This document shows, piece after piece, positions 62,088 to 64,000 of a stretch of 64,000 nt of DNA (the first letter of the stretch is position 1; each line of letters begins with the position of its first letter). The notes under the pieces are model-generated. The model did not search any database, had not been told where the DNA came from, and saw only the letters and a program-made list of their open reading frames with translations. The position numbers and the translations under genes are program-made. The stretch is from an uncultured Christensenella sp. (GTDB lineage: Bacteria > Bacillota > Clostridia > Christensenellales > UBA3700), in NCBI GenBank assembly GCA_910578245.1, contig CAJTPC010000002.1, positions 44,144-108,143 on the forward strand, read 5' to 3'.

Positions 62088-64000
62088 TTTATCTCCTTCG
62101 CGTTTGGCATATCATCTTTAGCAAAGCGTTTTTTGTTGATAAAATGCGCGCCTACAATTATTATAGCTATTACTAGAGCAAAGATAAACACTGTCCACCA
62201 ATAAGTGCCGACCAGATATATCATCATTGACACGAAATACGACGTGAGTATCCAGAATAGTATCGCCAGCGCCGTACGTTTTGGCGAGCCAAGTTCGCCC
62301 GATGCGGCGCCGACTGCCGCCATACAAGGCACGGTGAGCAAGTTGAACGCCATAAACGATACAACGCCCGCCGTCGTAACTCCGCTCTTAGATACGAACG
62401 CTTCTACGCTACCGGCTAAAACTTCGATAGAAGATACGACTTCTTCCTTCGCAACAAGACCGGTGACTGTGGCTACTATATACTTCCAATCTCCAAATCC
62501 AAGCGGTTTGAACAGCCATTCAAGCCAACCTCCAACGGTTGCTAGAATACACTCTTCTTCGCCTACCATTTGGAATTTGAAATTGAAATTGAGCAAATAC
62601 CATATTATGATAGTTGACGCCGCAATGACTGTACCTGCGCGGAAGACGAAGTGCTTGAGCTTTTGCCAGATATGTATCGTGACGCTCTTGAATTGCGGAG
62701 TATGATACGTGGGCAATTCCATAATAAACGGAGTTACGCCCTTTTGTCCACTAATCTTTTTGAGTATCAAAGACGCAATCATTGCGACAACAATACCGAT
62801 TATGTACATTCCGAATACAGTCAACTCGCTATTCCAACCTACAGTGGTAGCCAAGACCGCGGCAAAAGCGTACCATATCGGACTTTTTGCTCCGCAGGAG
62901 AAGAATGGAGCAAGCAATATTGTTGAGCGTCTTTCTCTATCGTTTTCTATCGTACGCGTAGCCATAATTCCCGGCACTGCGCAACCAAAGCACATAAGAA
63001 GTGGCATAAATGATTTTCCCGATAGACCTATTCGTCTGAACGCTCTATCCATGATAAATGCGACTCTCGCCATATAACCTGTATCTTCTAGTATCGTCAA
63101 GAATAGGAACAGCAACATTATCTGCGGAATAAATGAAAGCACTCCAAACACGCCTGCCAAAACGCCGTCGCAAATCACGCCATTTGCCCAGTCGGGCGCG
63201 TTTTTAAGCAACTGCGGTATCCAACCGCCCTCTTCTTCCACTACCTGCGCGGGTTCGCCGTTGTCGTCAAAACCGTCTTCGACTACTCTCTCGCCGTTGA
63301 CAAGTTCCGCAAGTTCTTCTACCAAGCCTTGCAAGAATACTCCGGGAGATTTAATAGAATTTGCGCCCGATTCCTCTTCTTCGTCATACTCGGTATCTAC
63401 AAAAAGCGAAGCGACAGGACCGGCGTCCTTAAAAGCTCCGTCGGGAATAACAGCCGAAAGATAGAATAAGTTTTCGCTAAAAGTGAGGTGGAATATAGCA
63501 AAGATAATCAAGAGGAATATCGGTATACCCCAGAACTTATGCGTAAGTACCTTATCCGCCTTATCGCTCTTGGATACGGCAGGTTTTTCTTTGTCTGCCG
63601 TAATTACGTCGCTAAAATTATCATTGATATGTTGATACCTTTGGTCTGCGACGCAAGTTTCGTAATTGCCCTTATACTTATCTTTTACTTCTTGATTTTT
63701 ATCCTTGATTTCTTTAATCTGAGTTGCAATCGATTGGTATTTCTCTAGCGTAAGTTTGTCGCCTTCAACAAGTTTTACGCTGTCAAATAGTTTGTGATTG
63801 GTATTGCTATCGCCCAAAAGTAGCATGACCTCGTCAATACTTTCTTTGAGAATGCCAGAAGAAATGAAAGACACTGCCTCACGCTTAACTCCCTTCTGTT
63901 CCTTAACGACTTGCATAAGTTCCTTAAGTCCCTTTTGCTTAAGCGCGGATATAGCCACTACCGGCACGCCCAATTTTTGCGACAAAGCCTTGACGTCGAT
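62084..64000 (-). CDS. feoB: ferrous iron transporter FeoB (N-terminal G-domain part lies beyond the window)
   Basis: Frame open to the window end (..IDVKALSQKLGVPVVAISALKQKG is the end of the G domain), followed by nucleoside-recognition/gate membrane domains. Confidence 0.9.
   Translation of the reverse strand: MDVKALSQKLGVPVVAISALKQKGLKELMQVVKEQKGVKREAVSFISSGILKESIDEVMLLLGDSNTNHKLFDSVKLVEGDKLTLEKYQSIATQIKEIKDKNQEVKDKYKGNYETCVADQRYQHINDNFSDVITADKEKPAVSKSDKADKVLTHKFWGIPIFLLIIFAIFHLTFSENLFYLSAVIPDGAFKDAGPVASLFVDTEYDEEEESGANSIKSPGVFLQGLVEELAELVNGERVVEDGFDDNGEPAQVVEEEGGWIPQLLKNAPDWANGVICDGVLAGVFGVLSFIPQIMLLFLFLTILEDTGYMARVAFIMDRAFRRIGLSGKSFMPLLMCFGCAVPGIMATRTIENDRERRSTILLAPFFSCGAKSPIWYAFAAVLATTVGWNSELTVFGMYIIGIVVAMIASLILKKISGQKGVTPFIMELPTYHTPQFKSVTIHIWQKLKHFVFRAGTVIAASTIIIWYLLNFNFKFQMVGEEECILATVGGWLEWLFKPLGFGDWKYIVATVTGLVAKEEVVSSIEVLAGSVEAFVSKSGVTTAGVVSFMAFNLLTVPCMAAVGAASGELGSPKRTALAILFWILTSYFVSMMIYLVGTYWWTVFIFALVIAIIIVGAHFINKKRFAKDDMPNAKEIK

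Noticed and set aside
1-64000. Scan for CRISPR arrays, rRNA genes, intact IS/transposase genes, reverse transcriptases (retron/DGR) and toxin-antitoxin pairs
   Set aside because: I saw no regularly spaced direct repeats, no rRNA-like sequence, no transposase or RT motifs, and no convincing small two-gene TA cassette.

Overview
64 kb of a low-GC (roughly 40% by eye) Bacillota/Clostridia-like chromosome, transcribed almost entirely on the minus strand. All calls rest on motifs read from the supplied translations and on hand-folded DNA; no database search was possible. Core genes: mreB-like, maf, Ppx/GppA phosphatase, LMW-PTP, queH, birA-bioY with its operator, a glycerol operon (GlpA-like, oxidoreductase, DUF1667::glpK fusion), plsX-rnc, rpmF, ackA-pta, a tmcAL / ylbJ-like / rsmD::coaD block resembling the B. 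subtilis ylb region, an aconitase-family hydratase, 5-formyl-THF cyclo-ligase, rdgB, typA, rpsI-rplM, a CaCA antiporter, Fur-family regulator plus reverse rubrerythrin, and the feoB end of a feo operon. There are four singleton tRNA genes: Glu-CTC, Arg-CCT, Gly-CCC and Ser-CGA. Accessory or decayed DNA sits next to the tRNAs: (i) an integrase/XRE integrative-element remnant at tRNA-Glu; (ii) a low-GC islet after tRNA-Arg with an Nmad3-like protein, a DnaB-C/RecA-type ATPase, a Zn-ribbon membrane protein and a divergent HTH, which is the best candidate here for an uncharacterised system; (iii) MATE and kinase gene debris beside tRNA-Gly; (iv) a type II 5mC restriction-modification islet beside tRNA-Ser, with a serine-recombinase stub and an amber-interrupted ORF. 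Other notable items are a 9.5 kb two-gene operon for giant surface proteins (1786-aa lipoprotein plus ~1380-aa GLUG/MBG adhesin-like protein), a coupled pair of Fe-ADH-fold proteins that appear to have lost all metal ligands, and a GC-rich structured ~200-nt leader or sRNA candidate behind a near-consensus promoter upstream of the hydratase / 5-FTHF-cyclo-ligase operon. No CRISPR array, rRNA or intact transposase was seen.
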